A stretch of DNA of 64,000 nt. It comes from Candidatus Pelearchaeum maunauluense. Lineage in GTDB: Archaea > Thermoproteota > Nitrososphaeria_A > Caldarchaeales > Caldarchaeaceae. The stretch is from contig JANVYQ010000001.1 in assembly GCA_030059675.1 (NCBI GenBank), positions 256,001 through 320,000 on the forward strand. The letters run 5' to 3'. The notes below the pieces were generated by a model, which saw only the letters and a program-made list of their open reading frames with translations, did not search any database and was not told the DNA's origin. The translations under genes were made by a program, and so were the position numbers. This document shows positions 1 through 9,657 of the stretch, in pieces. Within the stretch, counting starts at the first letter, position 1. Every line of letters begins with the position of its first letter.

Positions 1-100
1 TCTATGTAGATTGTGTTTTTGAATACGTGCTTAACTATTCCAGTTTCTCCGTTTTGTAGGTTTTTGAGGGCTAGTGAGCCTATATAGCTGGCGGCTAGCC

Positions 101-1363
101 TCATAGTTTGTACTTCTCCGCGTAGCTGCGGAGAGCGTCGCGGAACATCTCTATTGGGAGGCTCACTATGCCAGCGCCTATCTGGCCAACTCCAGCCTGC
201 TTATGCGCTATCCCAGTGTTAATCGTGGGCGTAATCCCAGTCTTCAAAACCTTCCTAATATCAACACCTGTGGGTGTTCCCTGGAAGTTGAGGTAGGGTA
301 TCTGGAAATACTTGTGCTTTGTGTATGTTATCTCGTACATTTTTTGAGTTGTCTCTATTGCTAGCTTCACGCTCCCGCCTACCCACGAGACTATCGCTGG
401 CGCCGCGGCCATCGCGAAGCCTCCGAAGCCTGCTGTCTCGGTTATCGCGCTGTCGCCCAAATCTGGGTTCGCATCGGCGTCACTGAAGCCTGGGAACAAT
501 ACGCCGCGCGGTATGGGCGCTGGGGCGGTGAACCACTTATCACCAAGCCCGCTCACCCAAATACCTGTATCAGTACCATTACGCGACATAACCGTAACTA
601 TTGTGCTGTGCTCTATGTTGTGCGCTGCTAGCGTCATGGCTTTCGCCGCTGCCATGCCTAGATTGAGCGCTGTGAAGTTGTTAGCATTCATGAAGCTGTA
701 TGCTTCCCTCACCATGTTTGTATCCACTCCACAGCGCATCATGTAGGGCGTTATCTCGCGTAGTAGTAGTGATGTGGCCGCAACATAGCGGTTGTGGCAG
801 TCATCACCCATCTGGAGAGCCTGCGCTATTATAGGCTTGAGAGCAACACCACCCCTATCGCTAACCACCTCGCGTATAGTAGCTTCAAGAACTGGATAAA
901 GCACGTCGGACATCCACCTAAGCCTATCCAGAACCTCTTTATCATAAGCGCCGTACCTGAGGACCTTACCTATTCCTTCGTTGAGGTTTGAGTATGTTTT
1001 GTTTCCCCAGCGGCGGTCGTGTATCTCATAAACGGGCATGCTGGGTGAGATTATGCCGCACATGGGGCCGACTGCGTTGTGGTGGTGTGTGGGCTCCAGC
1101 TTGACCTGGCCGTTCTTCACCAGCTTCTCAGCCTCTTCCTGCGTTGTTGCCCAGCCCTCGTAGATTATCGCTCCTATAACGGCGCCGCGCATGGGGCCGC
1201 TGGCGCGCTCCCACTCAAGCGGAGGCCCAGCATGAAGAAGCAAATACTCGCGCATCCCAGGAATCTTATCACGCGCAAGTCCAACCCCAACCCACACAGG
1301 GTCGGACTCCATCATCCGCTCAACAGCCTCGCCGTTGGCCTTCTCAACCTCCTCCCTAACCAT
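101..1363 (-). CDS. DUF1116 family protein (YlbE/YahG, AllG-like oxamate carbamoyltransferase subunit)
   Basis: LLHAGPP, HHHNAVGPM, ALQMGDDCHNR, DLGDSAITETAG and INTGIAHK motifs; FdrA nearby. Confidence 0.88.
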   Translation of the reverse strand: MVREEVEKANGEAVERMMESDPVWVGVGLARDKIPGMREYLLLHAGPPLEWERASGPMRGAVIGAIIYEGWATTQEEAEKLVKNGQVKLEPTHHHNAVGPMCGIISPSMPVYEIHDRRWGNKTYSNLNEGIGKVLRYGAYDKEVLDRLRWMSDVLYPVLEATIREVVSDRGGVALKPIIAQALQMGDDCHNRYVAATSLLLREITPYMMRCGVDTNMVREAYSFMNANNFTALNLGMAAAKAMTLAAHNIEHSTIVTVMSRNGTDTGIWVSGLGDKWFTAPAPIPRGVLFPGFSDADANPDLGDSAITETAGFGGFAMAAAPAIVSWVGGSVKLAIETTQKMYEITYTKHKYFQIPYLNFQGTPTGVDIRKVLKTGITPTINTGIAHKQAGVGQIGAGIVSLPIEMFRDALRSYAEKYKL

Positions 1364-1436
1364 ATCCCAAAATCCACGAATGTCCTACACTATTAAGTTG
1401 ATTACCAGCCAGAAAACACTCTATCAGGAGAAGCTT

Positions 1437-2060
1437 ATGGCAGCAAGGCATAAAGACCCACATTATCTATTTCTGCTTTTCCTAAGCATTCCCATGTTTA
1501 TCTGGTATGATAAACAGGCTCTAACAGCCCTCCAAAACATGGCCATCGACAAATCGGGTAATGCTGTATTTCTGAGTGAAAATCAGGTTATTTATCCATT
1601 CACCTATGCTGGCGCTCTCCTAACGATATTAGGCATTACCAGCCTGATGGCGCGTAGGTATGGTTTCAGCATAAGTAATTTGATTGTAAGTCTACTCTTG
1701 GGTAGGGCTGTTGCGGGTGCTCTAATCGTGGTTTATGAGCAAATATTCACTCTGTTGGGCAGTATCGTGTGGAAGGAGAACGTATGGCTGCTATATTATG
1801 GGGATATTGAGACTTTACTATGGAATGCGGCGAAGGTAGGTTTTCTAATAACACTATTACCCCACATAAACCCAAACATGAAATACTACACCACACTCAT
1901 ACTAGCTACATACTTCATACTCATGATTTCATGGATGGCTTTGGGAATGAGGCCACCACATCAAGACGCCCTGAACTATGCATTAAATGCGACAACACGG
2001 CTCTTGCTACATGCTGTGCCTTTAACATTATTACTACGGGGGCGGGGATTCCAAGCTTAG
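1437..2060 (+). CDS. Hypothetical multi-pass membrane protein
   Basis: Several hydrophobic segments; ATG 1437 follows AGGAG; AT-richer than neighbours. Confidence 0.6.
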   Translation: MAARHKDPHYLFLLFLSIPMFIWYDKQALTALQNMAIDKSGNAVFLSENQVIYPFTYAGALLTILGITSLMARRYGFSISNLIVSLLLGRAVAGALIVVYEQIFTLLGSIVWKENVWLLYYGDIETLLWNAAKVGFLITLLPHINPNMKYYTTLILATYFILMISWMALGMRPPHQDALNYALNATTRLLLHAVPLTLLLRGRGFQA

Positions 2061-2131
2061 GAGTCTATTCTCATGACGTTTTATGCTCTTATTGGAGACT
2101 ATATAAGTTGTTGCATACTTCTGACTAGCTG

Positions 2132-3754
2132 ATGTTTACTCGTAACGTTGTGAAGAGGAATTTCTTTAGGGATTCTCTCCAGCTTATGCGCATCTCTGAG
2201 GAGGCTAGGAAGATTCCAGGCGTGTTGGATGCGGCTGTTGTTATGGGGACTTGGACGAATAAGGAGGTTCTCCGTCGTCTTGGCATGCTCACAGGCGAGG
2301 GTGAGGCTGCTTCTGAGAATGATATGATACTCGCTCTGAAGGTGGAGGACGAGTCTAGGCTTGGCGACGCTATCTCGGCTGTTGAGGAGATGCTGCTTAA
2401 GACGGTTGAGGTGTCTGGGGAGCAGGAGCAGCGCTACTTCAGCGTTGAGTCAGCGCTTGAAGCCATGCCAGACGCCAACCTGGCGGTGGTCTCGGTTCCA
2501 GGCGAGTATGCCCGCGAGGTTGCTATGCGCTTCCTAGAGCGCGGGGTTCATGTGCATCTCTTCAGCGACCACGTGCCTATAGAGCACGAGGTTGAGCTTA
2601 AGCGCTACGCCGCTGAGTGCGGTCTTCTCGTCCTAGGGCCTGGTGCTGGGACCTCAATAATCAACGGCAGGGCTATAGCGTTTGCTAATGTTGTGAGGCG
2701 TGGGGAGGTTGGTATCGTTGCCGCCGCTGGGACTGGCCTGCAGGAGGTTAGCGTGTTGCTAGATAGAATTGGGCTTGGTGTTTCACAGGGGCTTGGGATA
2801 GGTGGGAACGATGTTAAGAGCGCCGTGGGTGGTATAATGGCTGTTGAGTGTATAAAGGCGTTGGAGGCTGATGCCGAGACGAGGCTGATTATGCTGGTCT
2901 CAAAGCCTCCCGATAGGGATGTTATGGAGAGGATAACGCGCTTCATAGCTGAGGAGACCCGTAAGCCATTCGTAGTCTGTTTTCTAGGCGAAACTGAGTA
3001 TAAGCCGCTAAAACGAATAGCGCGGCGCGTAAGCTCTGCTCGCGGCCTGCATGCCGCAGTCCTAGACGCGGCGAGGAAGCTAAACCCCAAATCATTCAAC
3101 GCTGCGCGTAGGAAAATCACAATAAGCCAGACGGAGCTATCAAAGCTAGCTGCACGTCTGGCCAAGAACCTCAAGCCTGGCCAGCGCCACGTAAGGGCGC
3201 TCTACACAGGTGGGACACTCATGTACGAGGCACTGCTAATCTACCGCGAGCTGATAGGCGACGTTTATAGCAACGCCCCCCTCAACGAGGAGATGAGGCT
3301 CCCAGACCCCTACAAGAGCGTGGGCGACGCTGTGATAGATTTGGGCGAGGAGGAGTTTACGGCTGGCCGTGCCCATCCCATGATTGACCCGACGATTAGG
3401 AGGTTGAGGCTTGTTGATGAGGCCCGCGACCCTTCTGTTGCTGTTGTTTTGATGGATTTTATGCTTGGCTATGGCGCTCACCGCGACCCTGCTGGGGCTA
3501 TGCTTGAGGCCATTCGCGAGGCTCGCGGGATAGCTTCCGCGGAGGGTAGGGAGCTGGTGGTTATGGGGCATGTGTGCGGCACAGAAGCAGACCCGCAGGG
3601 GCTGCGTGAGCAAGAGGAGAAGCTACGCAGCGTGGGCGTGGAGATATTCCCAACAAACGCCCTCATGGTTATCGCCTCCGCTCTAGTTGCGCGGCGCGGG
3701 AAAATCAATAAAACAAAGCTCCGAAAAGTATGCCGGAGCTTCCTACGGATGTGA
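2132..3754 (+). CDS. fdrA: FdrA/YahF family acyl-CoA synthetase-like protein (AllF-like)
   Basis: RDSLQLM, LAVVSVPGEYA, HLFSD, GTGLQEV, LYTGGTL and GRAHPMIDP motifs. Confidence 0.9.
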   Translation: MFTRNVVKRNFFRDSLQLMRISEEARKIPGVLDAAVVMGTWTNKEVLRRLGMLTGEGEAASENDMILALKVEDESRLGDAISAVEEMLLKTVEVSGEQEQRYFSVESALEAMPDANLAVVSVPGEYAREVAMRFLERGVHVHLFSDHVPIEHEVELKRYAAECGLLVLGPGAGTSIINGRAIAFANVVRRGEVGIVAAAGTGLQEVSVLLDRIGLGVSQGLGIGGNDVKSAVGGIMAVECIKALEADAETRLIMLVSKPPDRDVMERITRFIAEETRKPFVVCFLGETEYKPLKRIARRVSSARGLHAAVLDAARKLNPKSFNAARRKITISQTELSKLAARLAKNLKPGQRHVRALYTGGTLMYEALLIYRELIGDVYSNAPLNEEMRLPDPYKSVGDAVIDLGEEEFTAGRAHPMIDPTIRRLRLVDEARDPSVAVVLMDFMLGYGAHRDPAGAMLEAIREARGIASAEGRELVVMGHVCGTEADPQGLREQEEKLRSVGVEIFPTNALMVIASALVARRGKINKTKLRKVCRSFLRM

Positions 3755-3939
3755 AAAAGGCCATGAAGGAGAGTAAAACTCTGAAGCTGTTCCGCTCAGA
3801 GCTTAAGGTAATCAATGTGGGGCTTGAGACGTTTTACGAGGCGTTGAAAGCGCAGGATGTAGCTGCTATTCATGTGAGCTGGCAACCACCGCCAAAGCTG
3901 GAGAAAGAGCTGCGCGATGTGCTGGACAAACTAATCTAA
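3751..3939 (+). CDS. Small stand-alone FdrA C-terminal/YahG N-terminal domain protein
   Basis: LKVINVGLETFYEALKAQDVAAIHVSWQPP; GTG overlaps the fdrA stop (alternative ATG 3763). Confidence 0.75.
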   Translation: MKKAMKESKTLKLFRSELKVINVGLETFYEALKAQDVAAIHVSWQPPPKLEKELRDVLDKLI

Positions 3940-5352
3940 AGCTGGCGGCGCCATGTCTAGGTTTAGACTCTTCTCCAAACCATAAGCAAGCTGGAGGACC
4001 GTCTGCTCATCAAAGGGACGACCTGCCAGCTGCACCGCTACGGGGAGATTACCATCCGCGAGCCCTGCGGGCAGGGTGATTGCTGGGACTCCCGTGATGT
4101 TGTATAGTATTGTAAGGTTTGTGAGCGCCGTGTATATGTCGATGGTCTCCCCGTTTAGCTTTACTTCGGTCTCGCCTATCTTCGGCGCTGGTATGGCTGT
4201 TGTGGGCGAGATTATGGCATGGTGCCTGTCTAGTATTCTCAGCAGCTCTTCGCGAATCTCTATGCGGAGGCGCTGCGCCTTGACATAATCCACTAAGCTC
4301 ATAGACCTGCCCCGCTCCAGCATTCTGCGCACATCCTCGCCATAGTCGGCGGCTCTCTCACGGAGCCACTCATCATGAAACACGGCTGCCTCGCCAAGCC
4401 TAATCGGCGCCCAGCACCACCTCACCCTATCAGCATAGCGGAAATCCAGCTCCACACACTCCACACCAAGCCCCCCAAGCACATCAATAGCACGTGAAAA
4501 CGCCCTAGCAACGCTCCTATGCAGGTTGTCTAGGTATAGGTTCCTCAGAACGCACACCCTATATCCCTTCAAGTCTCTTTCTAGATTTGCTGGGTAGTCT
4601 GGCAGGTCTGCAAAGACACTTGCGTCATCCCTCTGGTCATAGCCAGCTATTGCTTTTAGGACTATGGCGGCGTCTTCCACGCTTCTGGTGATGGGGCCTA
4701 CGTGGTCTAGGCTCCAGCTCAGCGGTATTACACCATGCTTGCTCACCCTCCCATAGCTTGGCTTAAGCCCAACCACGCCGCAGAGAGCTGCGGGTATCCT
4801 TATGGAGCCGCTGGTATCAGTTCCAAGCGATGCCCAGACCATAAACGCAGAAACCGAAGCGGCAGAACCGCCGCTTGAGCCGCCAGCGATACGCTCCAAA
4901 TCCCATGGATTACGAACAGCGCCAAAATGCGGATTCACGCTAGTAACACCAGAGGCAAACTCGTGTAGGTTGTTTGTTCCTATGATTATCGCTCCCGCTT
5001 CACGGAGTTTCTCAACAACAGCCGCATCCTGCTCCGCTATGTTGTTGCTCAAGATTTTTGAGCCAGCAGTACATTTAACGCCCCGTACCTGGATAATATC
5101 TTTAACCGATACTGGGACTCCATGAAGACTACCGCGGTAGATGCTATTCTTCAGCTCCCTCTCCAAAACCTCAGCCTGCTGTATAGCGTCTTCCTCAACG
5201 ACCGTGATGAACGAGTTTATCCTCTTGTCTATGCGCCTGATTCTCTCAAGAGATTTTGCAACCAGCTCGGTTGGTGTTATCTCTTGTGAGCGGATTCTCT
5301 CGGATAGCTGCGCTATGGATAGTCTGGTTATGTCTTGTGGCAACCCGACCAA
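3931..5352 (-). CDS. Amidase signature family enzyme
   Basis: GVPVSVKD, GGSSGGSAA and GTDTSGSIRIPA (Ser-cisSer-Lys triad). Confidence 0.9.
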   Translation of the reverse strand: MVGLPQDITRLSIAQLSERIRSQEITPTELVAKSLERIRRIDKRINSFITVVEEDAIQQAEVLERELKNSIYRGSLHGVPVSVKDIIQVRGVKCTAGSKILSNNIAEQDAAVVEKLREAGAIIIGTNNLHEFASGVTSVNPHFGAVRNPWDLERIAGGSSGGSAASVSAFMVWASLGTDTSGSIRIPAALCGVVGLKPSYGRVSKHGVIPLSWSLDHVGPITRSVEDAAIVLKAIAGYDQRDDASVFADLPDYPANLERDLKGYRVCVLRNLYLDNLHRSVARAFSRAIDVLGGLGVECVELDFRYADRVRWCWAPIRLGEAAVFHDEWLRERAADYGEDVRRMLERGRSMSLVDYVKAQRLRIEIREELLRILDRHHAIISPTTAIPAPKIGETEVKLNGETIDIYTALTNLTILYNITGVPAITLPAGLADGNLPVAVQLAGRPFDEQTVLQLAYGLEKSLNLDMAPPALD

Positions 5353-5372
5353 CCGAAGTCTTATGGGGAATC

Positions 5373-6434
5373 TTAAACATTTGTCCTAACAAGCATAACC
5401 TCTTCATCTGGCGCGAGCATCCTGTTGGCAGCTATGTCTGCAATAGCGACGCAGTGTCCAGCCATCCTACGCATCTCACGCACAATCATCATAAGCGTAA
5501 CAGCCTTATTCACATCACCGACACTCTGCAAGGTTCTAACATTAATAGACTCCTCAAGCCCCTTCACCTTCACCATCATATCAGTAACCTGTAAAACTTT
5601 GTTGAAGTTCTTCTCAAGAAATGATTCAACCGCTAGCGACTGCATACGGTATACCTGCTCCGAGAGCGTTTCTATTAGGCGCAGCATGTCCTTGTCTTCT
5701 ATCTTTCTGCCATAGCGGTTGAAGTGTCTCGCTACGTACATGGCGTGGTAGATGAGGCGGCTGAGGTCGCGGGCAAATACCGCGTATGTGAGTAGCTCGC
5801 GTGTGTTGCTTACGCCGCTGCGGTATGCTGTCTCTGGGTTCATGCTGCACTGTGCTATATGTCTTATGATGCTTCTGTATATTCGTAATACTTCTGGCTC
5901 GCGGCTCACAACCTCTGCGGCGGCCTCAACATTCCCCTCAACAAGAGCCTTCACAGCATCGCGGTGAATCGTGAGCGCAACGTTATGTAAGCTGGTTATC
6001 ATATCATCAAGCTTTTTTTCCTCCTGCTGCTCAGACACTATGAAGACTACAGTCCTATCATCTTCCCGCGCAATATCTATGCCAGGGAGGTCCATACGTA
6101 CTTCTCTGAGCTGCCTCTTCCTATCTGCTGCTAGTGGTTCTGAAGACATTACAACTATCTCGTCTGCTCCCTGCATGTAGTATGTCCAGATGGCGTATCT
6201 TACTGAGCGCATGTTTCCGAGCTTGTCAAGGTCTATCTCCACCTTCCTCCTCTTCCCTATCACATCGCGCGCAACTATCTTCAACGCTGCGCCGTCCTCT
6301 GACATGAAGAGCTTAGAGCCCTTCCGAAGCCTCTGCTTCAAAACCCACCAACGCGGCAACGTTATAGTATAGCTCCCACCCTTAATCGCCTGCAAGTTCC
6401 TAACGCTCGGCCTAGATGGCACCGACTTACCCAC
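5373..6434 (-). CDS. AbrB/PhoU phosphate-uptake-regulator family transcription factor
   Basis: N-terminal RNLQAIKGGSYTITLPRWWV AbrB motif followed by two PhoU-like helical repeats. Confidence 0.85.
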   Translation of the reverse strand: MGKSVPSRPSVRNLQAIKGGSYTITLPRWWVLKQRLRKGSKLFMSEDGAALKIVARDVIGKRRKVEIDLDKLGNMRSVRYAIWTYYMQGADEIVVMSSEPLAADRKRQLREVRMDLPGIDIAREDDRTVVFIVSEQQEEKKLDDMITSLHNVALTIHRDAVKALVEGNVEAAAEVVSREPEVLRIYRSIIRHIAQCSMNPETAYRSGVSNTRELLTYAVFARDLSRLIYHAMYVARHFNRYGRKIEDKDMLRLIETLSEQVYRMQSLAVESFLEKNFNKVLQVTDMMVKVKGLEESINVRTLQSVGDVNKAVTLMMIVREMRRMAGHCVAIADIAANRMLAPDEEVMLVRTNV

Positions 6435-6717
6435 AGCGTCCTCCCAAACGAATACCCATAAACGAGCTAAATAAGCCTAGAACCATTTAGCCGATTACTA
6501 AATTATATTTTTAAATCATTACTTATAAAATACTTCAACAAAAACTATACATAAACTCCTGGAAAACACCCGTACAATTGTTAGGAACAGATTAGGTGAA
6601 AGTGGTTTCTTTTTGTGTTGGTTTTAATTTATATAATTAGCATATTATATGTATAGATTAACTCAAAACAATACATACCGAATAAAATTTATATACGTCC
6701 GTGAAGAACGGGAAATC

Positions 6718-7713
6718 ATGCAAATAGACCGAGAGGGTTCGGCTCCTAACATATTCCCTGGCAACTGGGATGTAGTTACTCAGGAGCTACTGAAGACCTA
6801 TGAGGCTTGGTTTAAGCAGAACTGGGGGCCTGTTGAGCTTCCCTGGGACGAGCTGGACAGGAAGAACTTTGACGACAACGAGGCTGTGGCGCAGGCTTAC
6901 TGGATGGCCAAGCTCGCGCTCTTTGAGAAGTCTGGGATAGGTGCTTTTAGCCTCGCCACGCTACAAGCTGCGCGCTACAACATGGAGGACCCGACCAAGA
7001 AGTTCCTCGCAGGAGTAACGTATGACGAGTGTAGGCATGATGAGATATGCCGCCGCGCATGTAGCAGGCTCTGCCCAGGCTTCCCATACAAGTTCAAGCC
7101 CAAGAACACCCTTGAGGAGAAGGCTCTCAGGAACATTCAAATACTATACGATAATGCGCGCCGATATTGGAGCGCCTTTGAGCAGGCATGGCAGAAGTAC
7201 CCGCTTGAGCTGATATTCTCAAGCTTCTTCTTCGCCGAGATAGGTGCTCAGCTAATCTTCAAGCAGGTTGCGGAGAAGTCTAGGCTCTCAGTCTATAGGC
7301 AGGCTTTCTCCAACATAACGAAGGATGAGTCGCGGCATCTGGCTGGAACTTTGGCGCTTCTTGAGAGGCTGGCTAGTGAAATGCCGAAGGAGCAGAAGCT
7401 CATGATAACACGCCAGATGAAGCATGGTTTCATCTACCTCTCGCCGCTCCTATACCGCCCCATGCACGAGTTCTGGCGACTTCCAGACGACTTCTATGAA
7501 TGGGACAGGAAGCTAGAAGAGATAGCCGCTGACGCTGGTCTCGGAGTCCCCACACTTGAGGAGAAGAGCGAGAAATGGTATCAGGCTATACAGCTGCATA
7601 GAAAGAGGCTCGAAGACCTAGGCATCCCAGTGCCAGCAATCAAAGAAGTAGGTGTTGACGGCGTTGAGATATCCGTGAAGAAGGACGACAACATCATAGC
7701 CACACCACTATAA
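6718..7713 (+). CDS. Ferritin-like diiron-carboxylate protein (putative oxygenase)
   Basis: E...DECRH...E...DESRH ligand set; TTTATATA box at ~6688 supports ATG 6718. Confidence 0.75.
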   Translation: MQIDREGSAPNIFPGNWDVVTQELLKTYEAWFKQNWGPVELPWDELDRKNFDDNEAVAQAYWMAKLALFEKSGIGAFSLATLQAARYNMEDPTKKFLAGVTYDECRHDEICRRACSRLCPGFPYKFKPKNTLEEKALRNIQILYDNARRYWSAFEQAWQKYPLELIFSSFFFAEIGAQLIFKQVAEKSRLSVYRQAFSNITKDESRHLAGTLALLERLASEMPKEQKLMITRQMKHGFIYLSPLLYRPMHEFWRLPDDFYEWDRKLEEIAADAGLGVPTLEEKSEKWYQAIQLHRKRLEDLGIPVPAIKEVGVDGVEISVKKDDNIIATPL

Positions 7714-7750
7714 TCCATTAATTCCAGCGTCTTTCAAATATATTTGGTAT

Positions 7751-7771
7751 GATTTTTTACGTCAAAAAATC
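7751..7771. promoter_or_regulatory. Palindromic putative operator
   Basis: GATTTTTT-ACGTC-AAAAAATC upstream of a TATA-like element of the CBS gene. Confidence 0.4.
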
Positions 7772-7826
7772 GTGTAGGAGCGGGTCGTTATTATAACTTA
7801 TATTGTACAGCTAGGCATTATAGCTT

Positions 7827-8252
7827 TTGGTATTTATGGTATTGCTTAGTCTTCCCCACTATTTACGCGAGATTATGTCATCACCAGTTATTTGTGTTGA
7901 TGAAGATTCTGCTGTTGGTGAGGCTCTTCAAGTTATGAATGGGCATAATATTGGTTCTGTTGTGGTTTTGCGTATTGGTGTGCCTGTTGGGATGCTGACT
8001 GAGCGCGATATACTCAGAGGGCTGGTAATCTATAAGGGCTTGCCAGAGCTGAAAGTGAGTAAGCTTATGTCAAGCCCCTTGATAACATGCTCACCCGAAA
8101 CACCTATACTCAAAGCATTTGCGCTAATGCATGAACACCATATAAGGCGGCTTCCCGTAATGGATGGAGATAAGCTGGTGGGCATAGTAACCGAGAGGGA
8201 CATAATATACTGGATGCTTAAGCTGGTAGGCTATGGTGAGAAGAGACATTAG
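7827..8252 (+). CDS. CBS domain pair protein
   Basis: IMSSPVI, GMLTERDI, HIRRLPV and GIVTERDI; true start may be slightly downstream. Confidence 0.88.
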   Translation: MVFMVLLSLPHYLREIMSSPVICVDEDSAVGEALQVMNGHNIGSVVVLRIGVPVGMLTERDILRGLVIYKGLPELKVSKLMSSPLITCSPETPILKAFALMHEHHIRRLPVMDGDKLVGIVTERDIIYWMLKLVGYGEKRH

Positions 8253-9484
8253 GGCTCCAGCCCGTATCTATGTTGTGCCAGTATTGTTGGCTTTGTGCCG
8301 CTTATCAAGACTACGTCTTCCAGTCTAACGCCTCCTATCTCAGGATAGTAAAGCCCAGGCTCTACTGTCGTTATCATGTTCTTTTCTAGTTTTTGCCGCT
8401 CGTTGAGGGTTAGGTATGGTTCTTCTCCTATTGTGAGGCCTACTCCATGGCCTAGGCTGTGTATGAAGCCCCTTGTCTCTGCTTCGCGGTTTCCTTGGTA
8501 GAGGTCAAGTATTGTGAGCCTCCCACGTGATTTGAAGAGCTTGCATGTTGCTTGCATGGGCTCCATACATGGAGCCCCTTCGCGTAGCGTGTCCATCGCC
8601 TCGCTGTGAGCAGCTAGAACGTCCTCAAACATCGTGATAAGCTCCCTTGATGGTCTTCCAACCGCGTATGTGCGTGTAAAGTCAAACCAGTAGCCCGTGC
8701 TGTCTTGTGGGAAGATGTCAAAGACTATCGGCTCTCCCTCGCGTATTGGTTCGTGTTCAAGCCCCTTCTCATGTGGATCTGCTGATGATGGGCCAGCAGC
8801 TAGGATATGGTCTTCTGGGAGGGATAGTCCCTCCTCAGCGCACCATACGCGGATGAGCCGCTTAACCCAGCCTATCCTGACAACCTCACCCCCATACGTC
8901 GCAACCCCCTCACGAATCTCCATGCTGCGCAGAAGCTCCTCCAAGCGTCTAACCACGTTTAGCGTCTTCTCACCAGCGCGTTTTATGGCGCCAACCTCCC
9001 AATCGTCCTTTGTTCTTCGCGCGATGTCAAGTATTGTGGGCCGCTCCTCACCGACTACTGCTATACGCTTCCTGCGCAGACCGTTGAACACGTTTATTAT
9101 GCTGCTAGCCTCGTTTCTCCCGTGTAGGGCTACCCTGCCCCTCACGCGGCTCTCCCTGACAATCCTAGCCAGTAGCTCTACGAAGGCCTTGCGCCTTCCA
9201 TGGCGTTTAACCAGCTTAGGATAGTCGTAGTCGTTGTATGTCTTCACGTTTTTTACAATACCCTTCTTGGCGCTTCCCACATCAAGGGCGCTCACAACGA
9301 GCAGGGGCTCGTCGCCGCGTTTCTTCAGATAAACACCCCCTCGCGGCAGCTCGCAGCGGGTTAGATAGGCCAGCTCAGGATTCCCTAGGGTAGAGTCGCC
9401 GTAGCAGAGAAGAGCAGCTATACCGCGCTTCCTCATCAAAGAATCAAGCTCGCCAATCATATCTCCCCATGTAAGGAACGACAA
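8249..9484 (-). CDS. Xaa-Pro peptidase (M24 family)
   Basis: DIFP..GYWFDFTRT, HSLGHGVGL, TVEPGLY and GVRLEDVV metal ligands. Confidence 0.9.
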   Translation of the reverse strand: MSFLTWGDMIGELDSLMRKRGIAALLCYGDSTLGNPELAYLTRCELPRGGVYLKKRGDEPLLVVSALDVGSAKKGIVKNVKTYNDYDYPKLVKRHGRRKAFVELLARIVRESRVRGRVALHGRNEASSIINVFNGLRRKRIAVVGEERPTILDIARRTKDDWEVGAIKRAGEKTLNVVRRLEELLRSMEIREGVATYGGEVVRIGWVKRLIRVWCAEEGLSLPEDHILAAGPSSADPHEKGLEHEPIREGEPIVFDIFPQDSTGYWFDFTRTYAVGRPSRELITMFEDVLAAHSEAMDTLREGAPCMEPMQATCKLFKSRGRLTILDLYQGNREAETRGFIHSLGHGVGLTIGEEPYLTLNERQKLEKNMITTVEPGLYYPEIGGVRLEDVVLISGTKPTILAQHRYGLEP

Positions 9485-9657
9485 GCACTATATACCTGCT
9501 GGGCTATACTCAGCGCGTCCTCAGCGTCAAGACGTGTATAAGGCTCCTCTGGCGGTGTTCCTGTCTTCATACATACTAAGCTCTCTTTCGCGTCTGCATG
9601 TATTAATCGTTCCTCAACCTGCCTTAGGTATGAGCGCACCATGTAAAGGTTATTCAA
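9457..9657 (-). pseudogene. HEPN toxin remnant with internal deletion
   Basis: N-terminus (RSYLRQVEERL) is joined to C-terminus (TGTPPEEPYTRLDAEDAL); only 66 aa; follows MNT. Confidence 0.7.

Noticed and set aside
3931-5352. Calling the amidase gatA
   Set aside because: No gatB/gatC context, and it lacks the GatA-typical R-I-x-x-G and D-x-x-T-x-x-x-N-L-A-G C-terminal pattern; a catabolic amidase is more likely.
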